Shown here piece after piece: positions 1-12,580 of a stretch of DNA of 64,000 nt (the stretch's first letter is position 1; every line of letters starts with the position of its first letter). The notes under the pieces were generated by a model. That model had not been told where the DNA came from. It searched no databases and saw only the letters and a list, made by a program, of their open reading frames with translations. Source of the stretch: Nitrospirales bacterium (GTDB lineage: Bacteria; Nitrospirota; Nitrospiria; Nitrospirales; UBA8639); contig CBDBCZ010000012.1 of assembly GCA_965203295.1 (NCBI GenBank), positions 576,001 through 640,000 of the forward strand, written 5' to 3'. Made by a program: the position numbers and the translations under genes.

Positions 1-289
1 CTATACTCAAGGGTGGGGTCGCCAATGTGTGGTAGACACAGTCTGTACTCCTAGATCCTACAAAGGGTAAAAGAAAACCAATGTACCTGTCAGGCTCCCA
101 GGACACATGTCAACATGTTAGCCCCCACAAGTAAGTGTGGGTAATTGCATGCAGACAACAGGACTACCAGTTTACATGCCTATATCTGCACATGCCTGCC
201 CCAGGCTACAAGGTACACAACTATGAACAATGTTCAAAGGCACCTGCAACCACTGACCTCATATTCAGGGGTGGCCTTTGTACTCAGGA

Positions 290-1457
290 GTGGGTCAGGG
301 GTGGGCTAATACTTAAAAGTGGGTCAGGGGTGGGCTCATACTCAGAAGTGGGTCAGGGGTGGGCTTAAACTCAGACATGGGGTGGGCTCATACTCGGAAG
401 TGGGTCAGGGGTGGGCTCATACTCGGAAGTGGGTCAGGGGTGGTCTCAAACTCAGAAGTGGGGTGGGCTCAGACTCAGAAGTGGGTCAGGGGTGGGCTCA
501 AACTCAGAAGTGGGGTGGGCTCAGCCTCGGGAAGTGGGTCAGGGGTGGGCTCATACTCGGAAGTGGGTCAGGGGTGGGCTCATACTCGGAAGTGGGTCAG
601 GGGTGGGCTCAAACTCGGAAGTGGGGTGGGCTCAGCCTCGGAAGTGGGTCAGGGGTGGGCTCATACTCGGAAGTGGGTCAGGGGTGGGCTCATACTCAGA
701 AGTGGGGTGGGCTCATACTCAGAAGTGGGGGTGGGCTCATACTCAGAAGTGGGTCAGGGGTGGGCTCATACTCGGAAGTGGGTCAGGGGTGGGCTCATAC
801 TCAGAAGTGGGGTGGGCTCAGACTCAGAAGTGGGTCAGGGGTGGGCTCAGACTCAGAAGTGGGGTGGGCTCATACTCAGAAGTGGGTCAGGGGTGGGCTC
901 ATACTCAGAAGTGGGTCAGGGGTGGGCTCATACTCGGAAGTGGGTCAGGGGTGGGCTCAGACTCAGAAGTGGGGTGGGCTCAGACTCAGAAGTGGGTCAG
1001 GTGGGCTCAGACTCAGAAGTGGGGTGGGCTCATACTCAGAAGTGGGCTCATACTCAGAAGTGGGGTGGGCTCAGACTCAGAAGTGGGTCAGGGGTGGGCT
1101 CATACTCAGAAGTGGGGTGGGCTCATACTCAGAAGTGGGTCAGGGGTGGGCTCATACTCGTAAGTGGGTCAGGGGTGGGCTCATACTCAGAAGTGGGGTG
1201 GGCTCAGACTCAGAAGTGGGTCAGGGGTGGGCTCAGACTCAGAAGTGGGGTGGGCTCATACTCAGAAGTGGGTCAGGGGTGGGCTCATACTCAGAAGTGG
1301 GTCAGGGGTGAGCTCATACTCAGAAGTGGGGTGGGCTCAGACTCAGAAGTGGGTCAGGGGTGGGCTCAGACTCAGAAGTGGGTCAGGGGTGGGCTCATAC
1401 TCGGAAGTGGGGTGGGCTCATACTCAGAAGTGGGTCAGGGGTGGGCTCATACTCAGA
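290..1457 (+). repeat. G-rich minisatellite mixing 29-bp (GTGGGTCAGGGGTGGGCTCATACTCAGAA) and 23-bp (GTGGGGTGGGCTCAGACTCAGAA) units
   Basis: Units are directly visible; this explains the overlapping repetitive ORFs in all three + frames. Confidence 0.95.
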
Positions 1458-1909
1458 GGTTGTATGTTTTGTACTGTGTGAACTCCTACACACAGAGTTA
1501 TTCCCACACTGCACGCTACACACACATGTGTATCTGTTACCTTACATGTGATCTGTACTGTAACTGCTGCCTGGTATCATGTGTCCCACTGACTGGGCAC
1601 ATGTCAATATGTTTACCCCCAACCATTGATTGCAGACAACAAGACTACACCTGTAATGCTTAAGTGCACATGCACACATGCTCCAGGCCCAGTCCTACCT
1701 GTTGCCATAACCTCTGAACATTGTTCAAGGACATATTCTGTCTTTCTTACCCAGTACATATCAGAGACATAATTATGCATGAAATGTTTGTCCTCACCTT
1801 CCAACTATAGCTTGAAATGCAGTTACTAGCTCTGCTGAAGCTGCTGCCAAACCAGTCATTTCTCACACCTGGAAACCAATATCCTGAATACTGTGCATGT
1901 AACACATAA

Positions 1910-1943
1910 AACCACTTCCAATTTCATCGTGGAATTTCTAATT
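1910..1943 (+). repeat. Left terminal inverted repeat
   Basis: AACCACTTCCAATTTCATCGTGGAATTTCTAATT, preceded by ATAA. Confidence 0.9.
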
Positions 1944-2047
1944 CTATTTGAAATATTGATGACATTTTCAGGCATACAGCATAAACTATCAAGAAAAGGA
2001 AAAAGATTGGTTAAAAAAATAAAATTGTCTGTGTCTGGCAATGTAAG

Positions 2048-5000
2048 TTATTCATCGTCCTGTTCTTCATCTTCATCTTCTTCAATACTAATGAGAATAT
2101 TCTCTCTTCCAACCAATAAAACATTCCGGCCAGACCCCACAGATGGAGAAACGTCATTTTCTTCGTCTGCAAAATAGAAAGTGGAAAAGTTCCAATTACA
2201 ATTGCCAATGCAGCTAGGTTGAAATTTCAACAAGCAGAAGTTATTTGGGAATTGTTGAAATTTCAATATGCAAGCTAGCGGGATTGGTTGAAATTTCAAT
2301 ATGCAAGCTACAAGGAAATTTCAATCTACCAGAGTTGGTTGAAATTTCAATATGCAAGCTACCAGGATTGGTTGAAATTTCAATATGCAAGCTACAAGGA
2401 AATTTCAATCTACTGGTAAATTCACTATCGGTAGATTGGTTGAAATTTCAATATGCAAGCTACCGGGTTTCGAATATGCAAGCTACCGGGATTGGTTGAA
2501 ATTTCAACATGCAAGCTACAAGGAAATTTCAATCTACCACAATTGGTTGAAATTTCAATATGCAAGCTACATATGTAACAGTGAAAGTGAAAACTATCGG
2601 GATGTTCAATATGCAAGACTTACATAGTACTTACCATTACAGGGGTTAAACTCCAGAACCCATTCTCCAGGAGCTGCAAATAATTCGATTAGACCTTTGA
2701 GGCACCTTCTGGGACTCCCAGAAAAGACGTTTGTTGTCTTCTTCAGCATACAGGCTTTCACAACAGCACTGTTGGAATATGCCATCACAACCGGCTTTAT
2801 GGCGTCCGACAGCACACTATCACCTGCAGCGGGGAACAATGTTTAGCAGCTTACTCAGGTGCTCAAGCATTCAAAGCACGAGTGTGCTTGTGTACAGCTC
2901 AAACTCAAATGCACAGCTCAAACTATGTTTTACACTCCACATTTTGAAACTCATGGGTATGTCACTCACCGGAGGTAGCATCCTCAAGGTGCCAGTAGGC
3001 CACCTGTGTTTCCAGCTCACTGTTGGAGAGTGTGGACAACAGGGCAGGGAATTCTTGAACGGAAGTTGGAATGGCTATTGCAAATCCTTCCCTGCCAGCT
3101 CCTCTGTTGAGAGCCTGCACGACCCTCAGATACTGTGGGAGCTGTAATAAAAATATAGTAGTCCTACATAATTTTATACTTGTACATGAACTTCCTTCCT
3201 AGAACAAAACAAACAACAAGAGAGATCTTTTATAACCCCCCCCCCCCCCCCAGATGTTATGTATGCACATACCTCCTGCTCCCTGCTCCTCATTACTATA
3301 AGTGGAAAACCACCAAACTGAGGAAGCAGCGTTGCGATCTCCTGGAAAGTCACATCTGCCGGAGAAGACCGCAGGTAGATAGCGTGGAGAATATTACCAC
3401 CAACTTCCTTGCAGATAGACTGGGATTGGGGGTGATCACTGGGTGCCGTGACCGCCGATGACTGTATTGCTCGCTTGCAAAACTGCTGAAAAGCGGTCTT
3501 GGATGGTCCCACGAGTCTGGTTGCTGTCATGAACGGTTGCAGTGCATCAACTCCAGTGAACCGTGGGTACTTCTCCGCCGCTTCTTCCCAAGACGAAGCC
3601 CCTACCTCCTTTGCGAACTCTGCCTTCAGCCTGTTGAGCTTTTTTATTTCTTTACACTCCTGGTTCAGGCGATTGAGGGGGAGTGTTCCTTGCTGAACAC
3701 GTTCCAGGAGTGTGTGCACCGTGCCATCGTCGAGGTTTCTTAGCTCTCGAAAGTTGGAGGCCTTGCAGTCAGGCTTGGAGTGTGACATGGACTTCTTCGC
3801 ACCCTCAAATGTGGCAAACACGTCTAACAACACTTTGTAGGTGTCATTGGGTAGAGCTGCCAACAGGAACAGCATGTTGTCAGTGAGGTTTCGCTTCTGT
3901 CAAAGGAATAACAGTTTGTCAAAACAACTTCTAATCAGTGCCCACCATCTCCCATCACCAGCTACAGGTCCATTAGGAGGAGCTATGAGCTAACAGTAAT
4001 TCTATCCTATCTAGATATGATATAATAGAGCACAAGAAAACTTACAGTCGTCATGAGCGTAGCTGCACAGGCATCTCTCCACTGAGTTGTTGCCCTAGGG
4101 GTAGCTTCAGCGTCACTCGATCTAGTTTCTGCATAAAGCTTCATCCTGCACAGCTGAATCTAACAACAACCATAGAGGATCATTCAGTAGAGTGGGGGAA
4201 AGAATGCAGTGTGTAAAGTCCGGAGTACAGATAGTATAAGGATACTTTGACATCAGATCATAGACTATGCACGTTGGTCACCACAATTAGCAGACTTGCC
4301 ATACCTTGTCCTGTGTGGTCATTTGATGCACGAAACTCTGCTGCCGGTTGTGCTTCATGCCCAGAAACTGTGCTTCTTCATCGCTGAGGTTGTAGTAGAC
4401 ACTAACGGAGCGTTTGCAGTATCTGTCATCCTTTGTCAACTCTGGATTTTCCTCTAGTAGCTCCTTGAGGGCTGTCCTTGAGTTGTTGCCCCCCAGCGTT
4501 TCGTAGAGGTATCCTTCTGGATGTTTCTCATCATACGTTTCTCCCTCAGGTAGGCGAATGTGGCCAATTATAGGAGCAACGTCGGTTGTTGGATTAGCCA
4601 ACATCTCCGTCTTCAAGCAATCGACAAACACTTTGTCCACTGGCCTCACAAGGCGTGTTGGGCCCGGCTCTTTAAGGCAGCTCACTGGTAGCATGAACTG
4701 ACCTAAAAGTTCGAAAACATTTATGAGTAAATAGCCAGATTACCCATCTAGTAGATGACGTATAAGGGAATATGAAATACCTACACATTAAACATACCAA
4801 CAAAGTGGTCATAGATGGCATCATTCATTTCCACATCCATACAGGCCTTCTTGACCTCCTTCTGCCCTCGTGGCTTATCACCAGCTGGTCGCTTCTTACC
4901 ACCACCAGCAACTATATGTACATAGATATGTAATTTACATCACATTGTACTGTATATATCTCACAAAAGTTATAACAAGCACACACACACACCTTTGGAT

Positions 5001-6170
5001 CGGTCCTGGGATTCACTAGAAGCCTGAGGTACATTTTCATTTCCTGACTGCAAGTGTGTTTCATCTATACATATAAAGTATAGACAATATCACTAAAAAT
5101 TTCAAAGTTGATTGCCACTATCTCCCCTCTGAGCATACCTTCAGATTGAGACTGTGATTGATGTGAATCAGATGCATTCACTGCTTCACCAGGAGTGTAA
5201 CAGCCAGTACTCTTGTTGATGAAGGGCATCACACTTGTGCGAAACACGCTACAATACTCCTCCTCCAATGTGAGAGCAGACAGGAGACGTGGGAGAAAGT
5301 GCTTTTCTCTATCTAACTTCTCCAGCCTAAGAGAGTGAGGTTTATGCCCGTCCAGCACCTTGAACTGTAACAAAAGATGAAAATACTACACATCAAATCT
5401 CGGGCCTTTTGGGCCTACTAACAGTAAGGATTTAAAGAGAGAAATATTTCGGGGGGAGGGGGGGACAGTTGTAGCTTATCAGTGAAGCTGGCACACTATA
5501 CTACGGTAGGCTATGTCTGTAAACGGCTAGGCTGAGGTCTTAGCAGGTCTGTATTGTTTTGTATATGTTTGTAGGGTCCTCTGAGTTTAATACTGCCTCC
5601 ACGTGGCTCAGGGCAGGATCACTTAACAGCACTAAGGAAAGACGGGGCTATTCCGACGGCGGGGTAATTCCGCGGAGTTAGGTGATGGCTTTTTGATTCA
5701 GTATAGGTCAATGGGACAGTCATATGCATAGCAGTTTGTAGCTTTGTAACTTCTATGAAACTGGAACTACACTCTGGTGTCGGAATTACCCCCAGGGTTA
5801 AAATTCTGTCGGAATAACTTACTCCCACTGGCAGATGATAAATGTTCCTAACATGCAGATGACACACCAATGCAAATGTATACAGCAAGCGAGCAAGTTC
5901 AACAAGCGCAAGTACTTTATACAAGTACTTGCTCGCTCGCTTGCTCTATTATGAACGCTGCACAATTTACTCGTACGTGAGAATACTCTAGACAATGCTC
6001 TTGTTACATTTACTACAGCTTACCACATCGTAGCTCTTGCCATCCTTGGGGTTCCGAATTGCACGCACTCCTGTCACGCACCCTACGAGGTGACCTTTCT
6101 CTGTTAGCCTCTTGCCGTTACAGCAGATGAAAATGCGATCGCTCTCGACGCCAAGGTACCACTGACCCAT
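2048..6170 (-). CDS. 10-exon gene, ~717 aa: ParB/Srx-like domain plus C-terminal degenerate beta-class (N6A/N4C) DNA methyltransferase-like domain
   Basis: Exons 6170-6024, 5364-5139, 5043-4993, 4911-4798, 4702-4305, 4159-4046, 3896-3273, 3141-2970, 2823-2635, 2166-2048, all GT-AG with consistent phases. ParB-like motifs: YETLGGNNSRTAL and LSDEEAQFLGMKHNRQQ. MTase-like tail: LIELFAAPGEWVLEF...GSGRNVLLVG. Start codon is the least certain part. Confidence 0.8.
2215..2570. repeat. Array of TTGAAATTTCAA palindromes (~8 full copies plus half sites) in intron 2167-2634
   Basis: Unit approximately GGATTGG-TTGAAATTTCAA-TATGCAAGCTAC; several neighbours are 33 bp apart. Confidence 0.93.
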
Positions 6171-6503
6171 CAGCTTGATGAAGGTTGTGAAGAACAGCTA
6201 GCTGTAATAAAACTCTCCGAGAGGTGCTCAGGTGGCTAGATCGAGGGATGTAGCTAGGTGTTTATCGCTTGACACGTGCGAAATTCCCAAAGCCGGCCGA
6301 CCGGCCGGCCGGTGATCGGGGCCCGCGCCGCGTGGTCTTGCAGCTAACGCGGTGATCGGGGCCCGCGCGAGCGCGCGCAGCCGGCCGTACAACAGAATAC
6401 GTTTGTCCACGGAAATGTCCGACGGTGTGGACGGTTTAGTAGGAAATTCAAACGTTCCAGGTGATGAAAATCGAATACAGCTGTCAGCTACAATGTTTTC
6501 AAA
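6171..6503. promoter_or_regulatory. Probable bidirectional CpG-rich promoter between the divergent element genes
   Basis: Lies between the two putative starts; CpG-dense; CACGTG at 6273-6278; 19-bp direct repeat CGGTGATCGGGGCCCGCGC at 6310 and 6350. Confidence 0.6.
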
Positions 6504-9500
6504 ATGGATCCAGAATCTTCAATCGTTTTCTTAGACTATAGTGAAGTAGATAGTAGAAACTCCTCTCTCATATATCTGAGTTTCAGTCAAGCAGAAAGTT
6601 CCCTAGTTCATGTGGATTACTCATTGGATTGTGATGAGGAAGGTGTCAACTGCTTCACGAATGACAAAGCAGTTTCCCTAAAGGACCGTGGAGGTGCAGA
6701 GAGCCCTGTAGTTTTTTTGGACTACCAATCATCAGATGAAGAGGACAGCCATATACCACTTACATCCACTCCATTTGCCTCTACACCAGTCAAGACTCAG
6801 CTGGATGAATCCCACAGGAGAAGATTGTCATTCTTATCCAACATGCACAGTACAATTGAAGGTGTGGTGATAATTTAATGTGTAGTTCTGTATTCGGGGA
6901 TATGTAGTCTGGCAGCAAGACTAGAGATATATAGTCTTAGACTAGCCATTTATTCTTTATTCATTGTTTCCACTATAGGGGACAACATCACAGATGCACA
7001 AGGTGGACCTCTCCAAGTGAACTTCACATGGAATTATCCCCCAAGAGGTACGTCATAACTTACATGATATTCATAACTGCACAGATTGCATTCCTGAAAC
7101 ACTATACTTGAGTTATTCATGCTACATGTTTACTTAATTGCCTTGTTTTCAGCTTGGGCAAATAATACTCCATCCTTATCTTACATTTTAAACACTCTTA
7201 TCTACAGAAAACTTGACTGAATATGGCCTACATGAATCCGTTACAGCTCATTCTATGCCCCATCTGCTAACATCACCGAGTGTACTTCACATTCAAGAGA
7301 AATCATCTGACTGCATCTCGTGTGGTAAGTAGAGCACCCCACTATGTTATACTGCTGGATGTAAGGCATAGTACTGCTAGATATTCATTGCATGTTAACT
7401 ATGTTTTTGTATCGAAAGAATGTAGTACCTTTGTGTAGTTTACGATGTCTTACAGAACCAGATATAGGGGTAGTTTAGTGGACCAGATCATTATGGTACA
7501 GAGGTTTGCAGGTACTTACTTAGTTTAGGCTGTCAGAATCAAAGGCTAACAGTTTACACAGCTTCTGCCATAACTCCATTTACCAATTGCACTGGACAAC
7601 CAACCTGCAAACTTGAACTGAGATTATTATTGTAAGTATGTACTTACAGATTCAGCAAAGTGGGATGTCCTTGATGTGTTGAAGATTGCTGGCTGTAGTG
7701 AGAGGTGTGCGACCGAAAAGCACTATCTAACACCTGGCGACATCTTACGATACCATGAGCATTACAGTAGCCGATCTCAGCAGGCTAAAAAGCAGTGGCT
7801 GCTCGACTATCTCACCATGAATAGTCTGGAAGGATCTACCAGCACAGAAGTCGCTCTGTCCATCTGTGGCAAGTCTGTTTGCCTTCAGCTATGGCTTTCA
7901 ACTCTCGGAGTTAGCCAGTCCCACTATTACAGCGTTCGAGGCCTCTACCTGAAGGGACACAAGAGGATCGTGAGTGAAATCCAGCGCACTCCACTTCCGA
8001 GAACAAACGAGGCCGTGGCATGGATAGAGGGCTATGTATCACTGATGGGAGACAAAATGCCCAATCGTGCTACTATCCATCTCCCTAGCAGTGTCTCCAA
8101 AGTCAGCATGTACCAGCGAATGATGGCGGAGCTGAAGGTCAGAGGAAAGATTGACATCATCAGCCAGTCCCAGTTTTTTGGTGTCTGGAAGACATTCTTC
8201 TGCCACGTCACTATCCCCAAGGTATGTACTGTGTTTGAATTGGCCTTAACTTCTGTGATATAAAGGGGGTTCACTCCTAACTTCAAACTCAGGCCTCCCG
8301 CCCAGACTTAATCTTGCAGCTGTGGAGATCAGCCGATTAGTCTGAGCGGGAGGCCTTGGTAAAAGGTTAGTATGCTCCTAAAGGCAGAAACAAACGGGCA
8401 TGTGTTTTTAGACGCTACGTATAGCTGTAGCATAGTGCATGTGTGCATGCATATGTATAATTTAATTATCTATTTGGTGCTCACAATCCAACACACATAT
8501 TCATAGGAAAATCGGTTCACAAAATGTGATGTGTGTGTTCTCATCCATCGAGAACTGGAGAAAACAAGTGATCGTGACAGGAGAACTGAGCTCGAGAAAA
8601 TCCGAAGTGAGCACAACGCTCTTCAAATGTGAGTTAGTTGGTCCTTTGAGTATCCTTGTATCTATTGGCGTGCTTGTGCATAGGCCTTTGATAGACAATC
8701 TGAGCCCAACTGGCATGAGTAGAGACAATAATTTAGCAGTCATGGTTATGAAAAATTTAAAATACCACCTTTAGGGATCAAAGAGCTCGCTACCATGATA
8801 TTCGAAGCAAGGCTGAAGTTGACCCATCCATTTTGTCCATCATTATTGATGGCATGGATCAGAATGCCACTCACCTACCCCACATGAAGAAGGTGAACAA
8901 GTCCTCTGTCAACTTGTGGCATTTGAAGACACACCTCACTGGAGTCATCATCCATGGGCATGGATCCAGTGGGTTTCTGGATTACCTGCAGTGGCCCCAT
9001 GACCCAAACCTGACCATGAACATCTTGCTGAGGGCGGTAGTTGGGCAACTATCTACCATGACAGATGCTGCGTTCCCGAAGAAGCTGTACATACAGCTTG
9101 ATAACTGTGGCAGGGAAAACAAGAACCAGTATGTGCTGGCTTTCCTCTCACTGTTGGTGGAGCTTGAAATCTTCCAAGAGGTAAGGGATAAGACACTTTA
9201 AAATAATCATGTTAAATATTTTAGTGTGCAATTTTTTTTATATCAAGATCGAGCTGGGATTCTTGATGGTGGGTCATACCCACGAGGACATTGACGCTCT
9301 ATTCGGGCGTATCAGCATGTGGCTGAGGAAACATGACGCACTGACTGTGCCAGGTAACATTGATAATGATGAATAGTATTAGCATGGGCTTAAAATGTTA
9401 ACTTATAGTATTATCAAGGGGTTAATCTGTAAACTTTTCATTTTTTTAATTAGACCTCCTCTGTGGGATGAAAGCCGCAAAGAGTGACTACAAGGGCACT

Positions 9501-12500
9501 ACAATCTTCAGAGAGATGTACGACATCAAAGCCTGGATCATCCCCCACATGGAGTCTCTGCATAATCATTCTCACCCACACATATTCCGGTTCAGAAAGG
9601 CTTCTGATGGGTTGTCGTACATGCAGTACAAGCAGTGGCGACAAAGCGAGTGGGAACCTCAGTCTGGTCATGGAATTCGACTTTTGAAGGTACATGCATG
9701 GTTCAAAGTATGATTCTAGAATGGCTCAGACCACACAGTGGTTGCTAGCTATTCTGGACTGTAGAAGGTGAAGTCGAGCATATCAATGTGTTTGGCCTAG
9801 TTCCCAGTACAGAGGTGCAAAAGGTCATCATAACATGCTTTTTTACACCTACCAAATATGGGATGGAACACATTCCAACACACTAAAGTGACATTCTTTC
9901 TACAAATGAGCTATTTGAGTTAGGAAACTGATATGGAAGACTGATCCATCTGAAGTACTAGTCAGTACAAGCTCTTTTTATTCATGTACATATCTATCAT
10001 CACAATTGTTTGTTTCCCAGTCCACACCTACAGGAGTTCCTCCTTTTGTTCGACCAAATGTGGCTCGCATGGACACACAGATCATCAAAGCTGATCTGCC
10101 CAAGTATGCCACCTCCGGACTTGGAGCAGTGTCTATCCAGTGGTGGAAAGCATTTCTTGAGATGATAGAATTGGACATGGCTGCCGAACGAGATGTGCAA
10201 TCGGTGTGGTTATTGACGGAGCTACATCATCTCAAAGAAGCTGCACTTCCAGCCCATACTGTTGCAATTCAATTGCCACAGCAGTTGACAACCATGCACA
10301 ACACTGAGGTGCAACCTATCCCACAAGTAAGTCACATTAACTAATGAAATCTATGGCCTACGGCTAACCAGCAATACATATACTGATTTTGACTAATATA
10401 AGTTTAACCCCTGTTCATAAATTTATACATGCAGGTCTACACAGGACGAAGAACGCCAAAGAGTCGCTCCCAACCGACACAGAATCCTCCTCCTGAGGAC
10501 AGCAGTGAAGATCCGCCCCCTCCAACGCAGCGGAGAAGACGTGCAGGACAGGAGGACAGCAGTGAAGATCCGCCCCCTCCAACGCAGCGGAGAAGACGTG
10601 CAGCACAGGAGGACAGCAGAGAATATCTTCCCCCTCCAACGCGGCGGAGAAGACGTGCAGCACAGGAGGACAGCAGAGAATATCTTCCCCCTCCAACGCA
10701 GCGGAGAAGACGTGCAGCACAGGAGGACAGCAGTGAAGATCCGCCCCCTCCAACGCAGTGGAGAAGACGTGCAGCACAGGAGGACAGCAGTGAAGATCCG
10801 CCCCCTCCAACGCGGCGGAGAAGACGTGCAGCACAGGAGGACAGCAGTGAAGATCCGTCCCCTCCAACGCAGTGGAGAAGATGTGCAGCACAGGAGGACA
10901 GCAGTGAAGATCCGCCCCCTCCAACGCAGCGGAGAAGACGTGCAGCACAGGAAGACAGCAGTGAAGATCCGCCCCCTCCAACGCAGCGGAGAAGACGTGC
11001 GGCACAGGAGGACAGCAGTGAAGATCCGCCCCCTTCTAGACATCCCCGGAGGTGTGTACCTGAGAATGCTCTGCCAGAAGAGGACAGCAATGGGACACCT
11101 CCTACAGTTATATCCAAGGTTGGTGTCAACATTTCTTTTTCATTACTAGCACCAATTTCAAGAAAATTCAACACTGCTTTCATGCTAGAAGATTGAAATT
11201 TCAATATTTCTATTGACAGTAGCCTAAAATATTGAAATTTCAACCCTTCCTGTAACATTATAATATTGAAATTTCAACATTTCTTTCACCCTAAATATTG
11301 AAATTTCAACATTTCTTTCAACATAAAATATTGAAATTTAGAAATTTCAATATTTCTATCAATACTAGCCTAAAATATTGAAATTTCAACATTTCTTCTA
11401 ACAGTATAATGTTGAAATTTCAACATGTCTTTCAGCATAAAATATTGAAATTTCAACATTTCTTTCAACATAAATATATTGAAATTTCAACATTTCTTCT
11501 AACAGTATAATTTCAACATTTCTTTCAACATAATATATTGAAATTTAGTATATCTATCAACACTAGCCTAAAATATTGAAATTTCAATATTTCTTTCAGC
11601 CTAAAATATTGAAATTTCAACATTTCTTCTAACAGTATAATATTGAAATTTCAACCTTTCTTTCAGCATAAAATATTGAAATTTCAACATTTCTTCTAAC
11701 AGTATAATATTGAAATTTCAACCTTTCTTTCAGCATAAAATATTGAAATTTCAACATTTTTTCAACATAAAATAGTAGTGACATTTCAACTTTGCTAGAA
11801 ATTTCAACATTTCTGTCAACACTAGCCAAAATATTGAAATTTCAATATTTCATTCCACATATTTACATAGCTATTATTATGTTGAAATTTCAAAATTTTT
11901 AGTGCTAGTATTGAAATGTTGAAATTTCAATATTCTATGTATGTGAAATTATTTTTTATAATTGTGTTGAAATTTCAACATTTCTTGTTGTAGTGGTAGT
12001 GCTGAAGATGTCAAAATTTCAATGTTTTAGGTATAACAGAACTGTTGAGATTTAAATATTTTCGCAGTAAATGAAATGTTGAAATTTCAACGTTCTAGGC
12101 AAATGTTGAAATTTCAACGTTCTAGTGCAAATGTTGAAATTTCAATATTATCTAGTGTTGAAAAAATATTAATATTTTGATATAATAGAGTCAAAGGAAA
12201 ATGTTGAAATTTCAATATTTGAAACAAACATGTCTTTCAGGACAGAAGTTTAATAACTATTATTTCTATTTCTACAGACACCGATCCTAAATGATTTTGT
12301 GGCTTTTGTCCACAAGGACTGGCGAACCCGACCCCTACTTGGTAGGGTTCTACTTATCGGCGAAACTACCACAACTATTCACTGGTGGATCGGAGCCTAC
12401 TCATCCAAGTGGAAGCCATGCTACAGAATGGTGCAAAAGAAGAGAGTAGAATGGACCGAACTAGTTCCCCATGCAGACATTGTAATAGCCTTTAAGTGGC

Positions 12501-12580
12501 CAATGAGGGATGGTAGGCCAGTTCGCCTGCAACCATCTCTCAGGCAGATTATACAACAGGCCTACATTAGTAAAAACTGA
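6504..12580 (+). CDS. 11-exon DDE/D transposase of the DUF7869/Sola-like family, ~1092 aa
   Basis: Exons 6504-6861, 6979-7047, 7208-7324, 7650-8221, 8507-8628, 8775-9180, 9248-9353, 9454-9689, 10021-10326, 10435-11118, 12278-12580 join in frame. Motifs: FTKCDVC..H, IIIDGMDQ, LYIQLDNCGRENKN, FLMVGHTHEDIDALF. Confidence 0.85.
8291..8356. repeat. Short hairpin/MITE remnant in a transposase intron
   Basis: AGGCCTCCCGCCCAGACT...AGTCTGAGCGGGAGGCCT inverted pair. Confidence 0.55.
10495..11035 (+). repeat. Coding 57-bp tandem repeat (~9.5 copies of EDSSEDPPPPTQRRRRAAQ) in transposase exon 10
   Basis: Near-identical in-frame units visible. Confidence 0.95.
11190..12222. repeat. Array of ~22 TTGAAATTTCAA palindromes (often extended to AATATTGAAATTTCAAYATT) in intron 11119-12277
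   Basis: Runs at 33-34-bp period, e.g. near 11576, 11609, 11643, 11676, 11710, 11743. Confidence 0.93.

Noticed and set aside
319..1663. Long Gly/Trp-rich ORFs in three frames
   Set aside because: By-products of a stop-poor 29/23-bp minisatellite whose unit lengths are not multiples of three
2048..3400. Catalytically active DNA methyltransferase
   Set aside because: No DPPY/SPPY/NPPY and no FxGxG motif in the reconstructed protein; only the surrounding pattern matches
4305..4702. Bacterial contamination or a bacterial parABS locus
   Set aside because: The ParB-like segment is one exon of a GT-AG spliced gene, and no ParA-like ATPase is visible
10415..11258. Minus-strand and alternative-frame ORFs over the 57-bp repeat
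   Set aside because: Shadow frames; only the EDSSEDPPPP frame is in phase with adjacent transposase exons
11190..12222. Regularly spaced palindromic repeats resembling a CRISPR array (also 2215-2570)
   Set aside because: Spacers are only 21-22 bp and are copies of one another, the arrays lie in spliceosomal introns, and no cas genes are present
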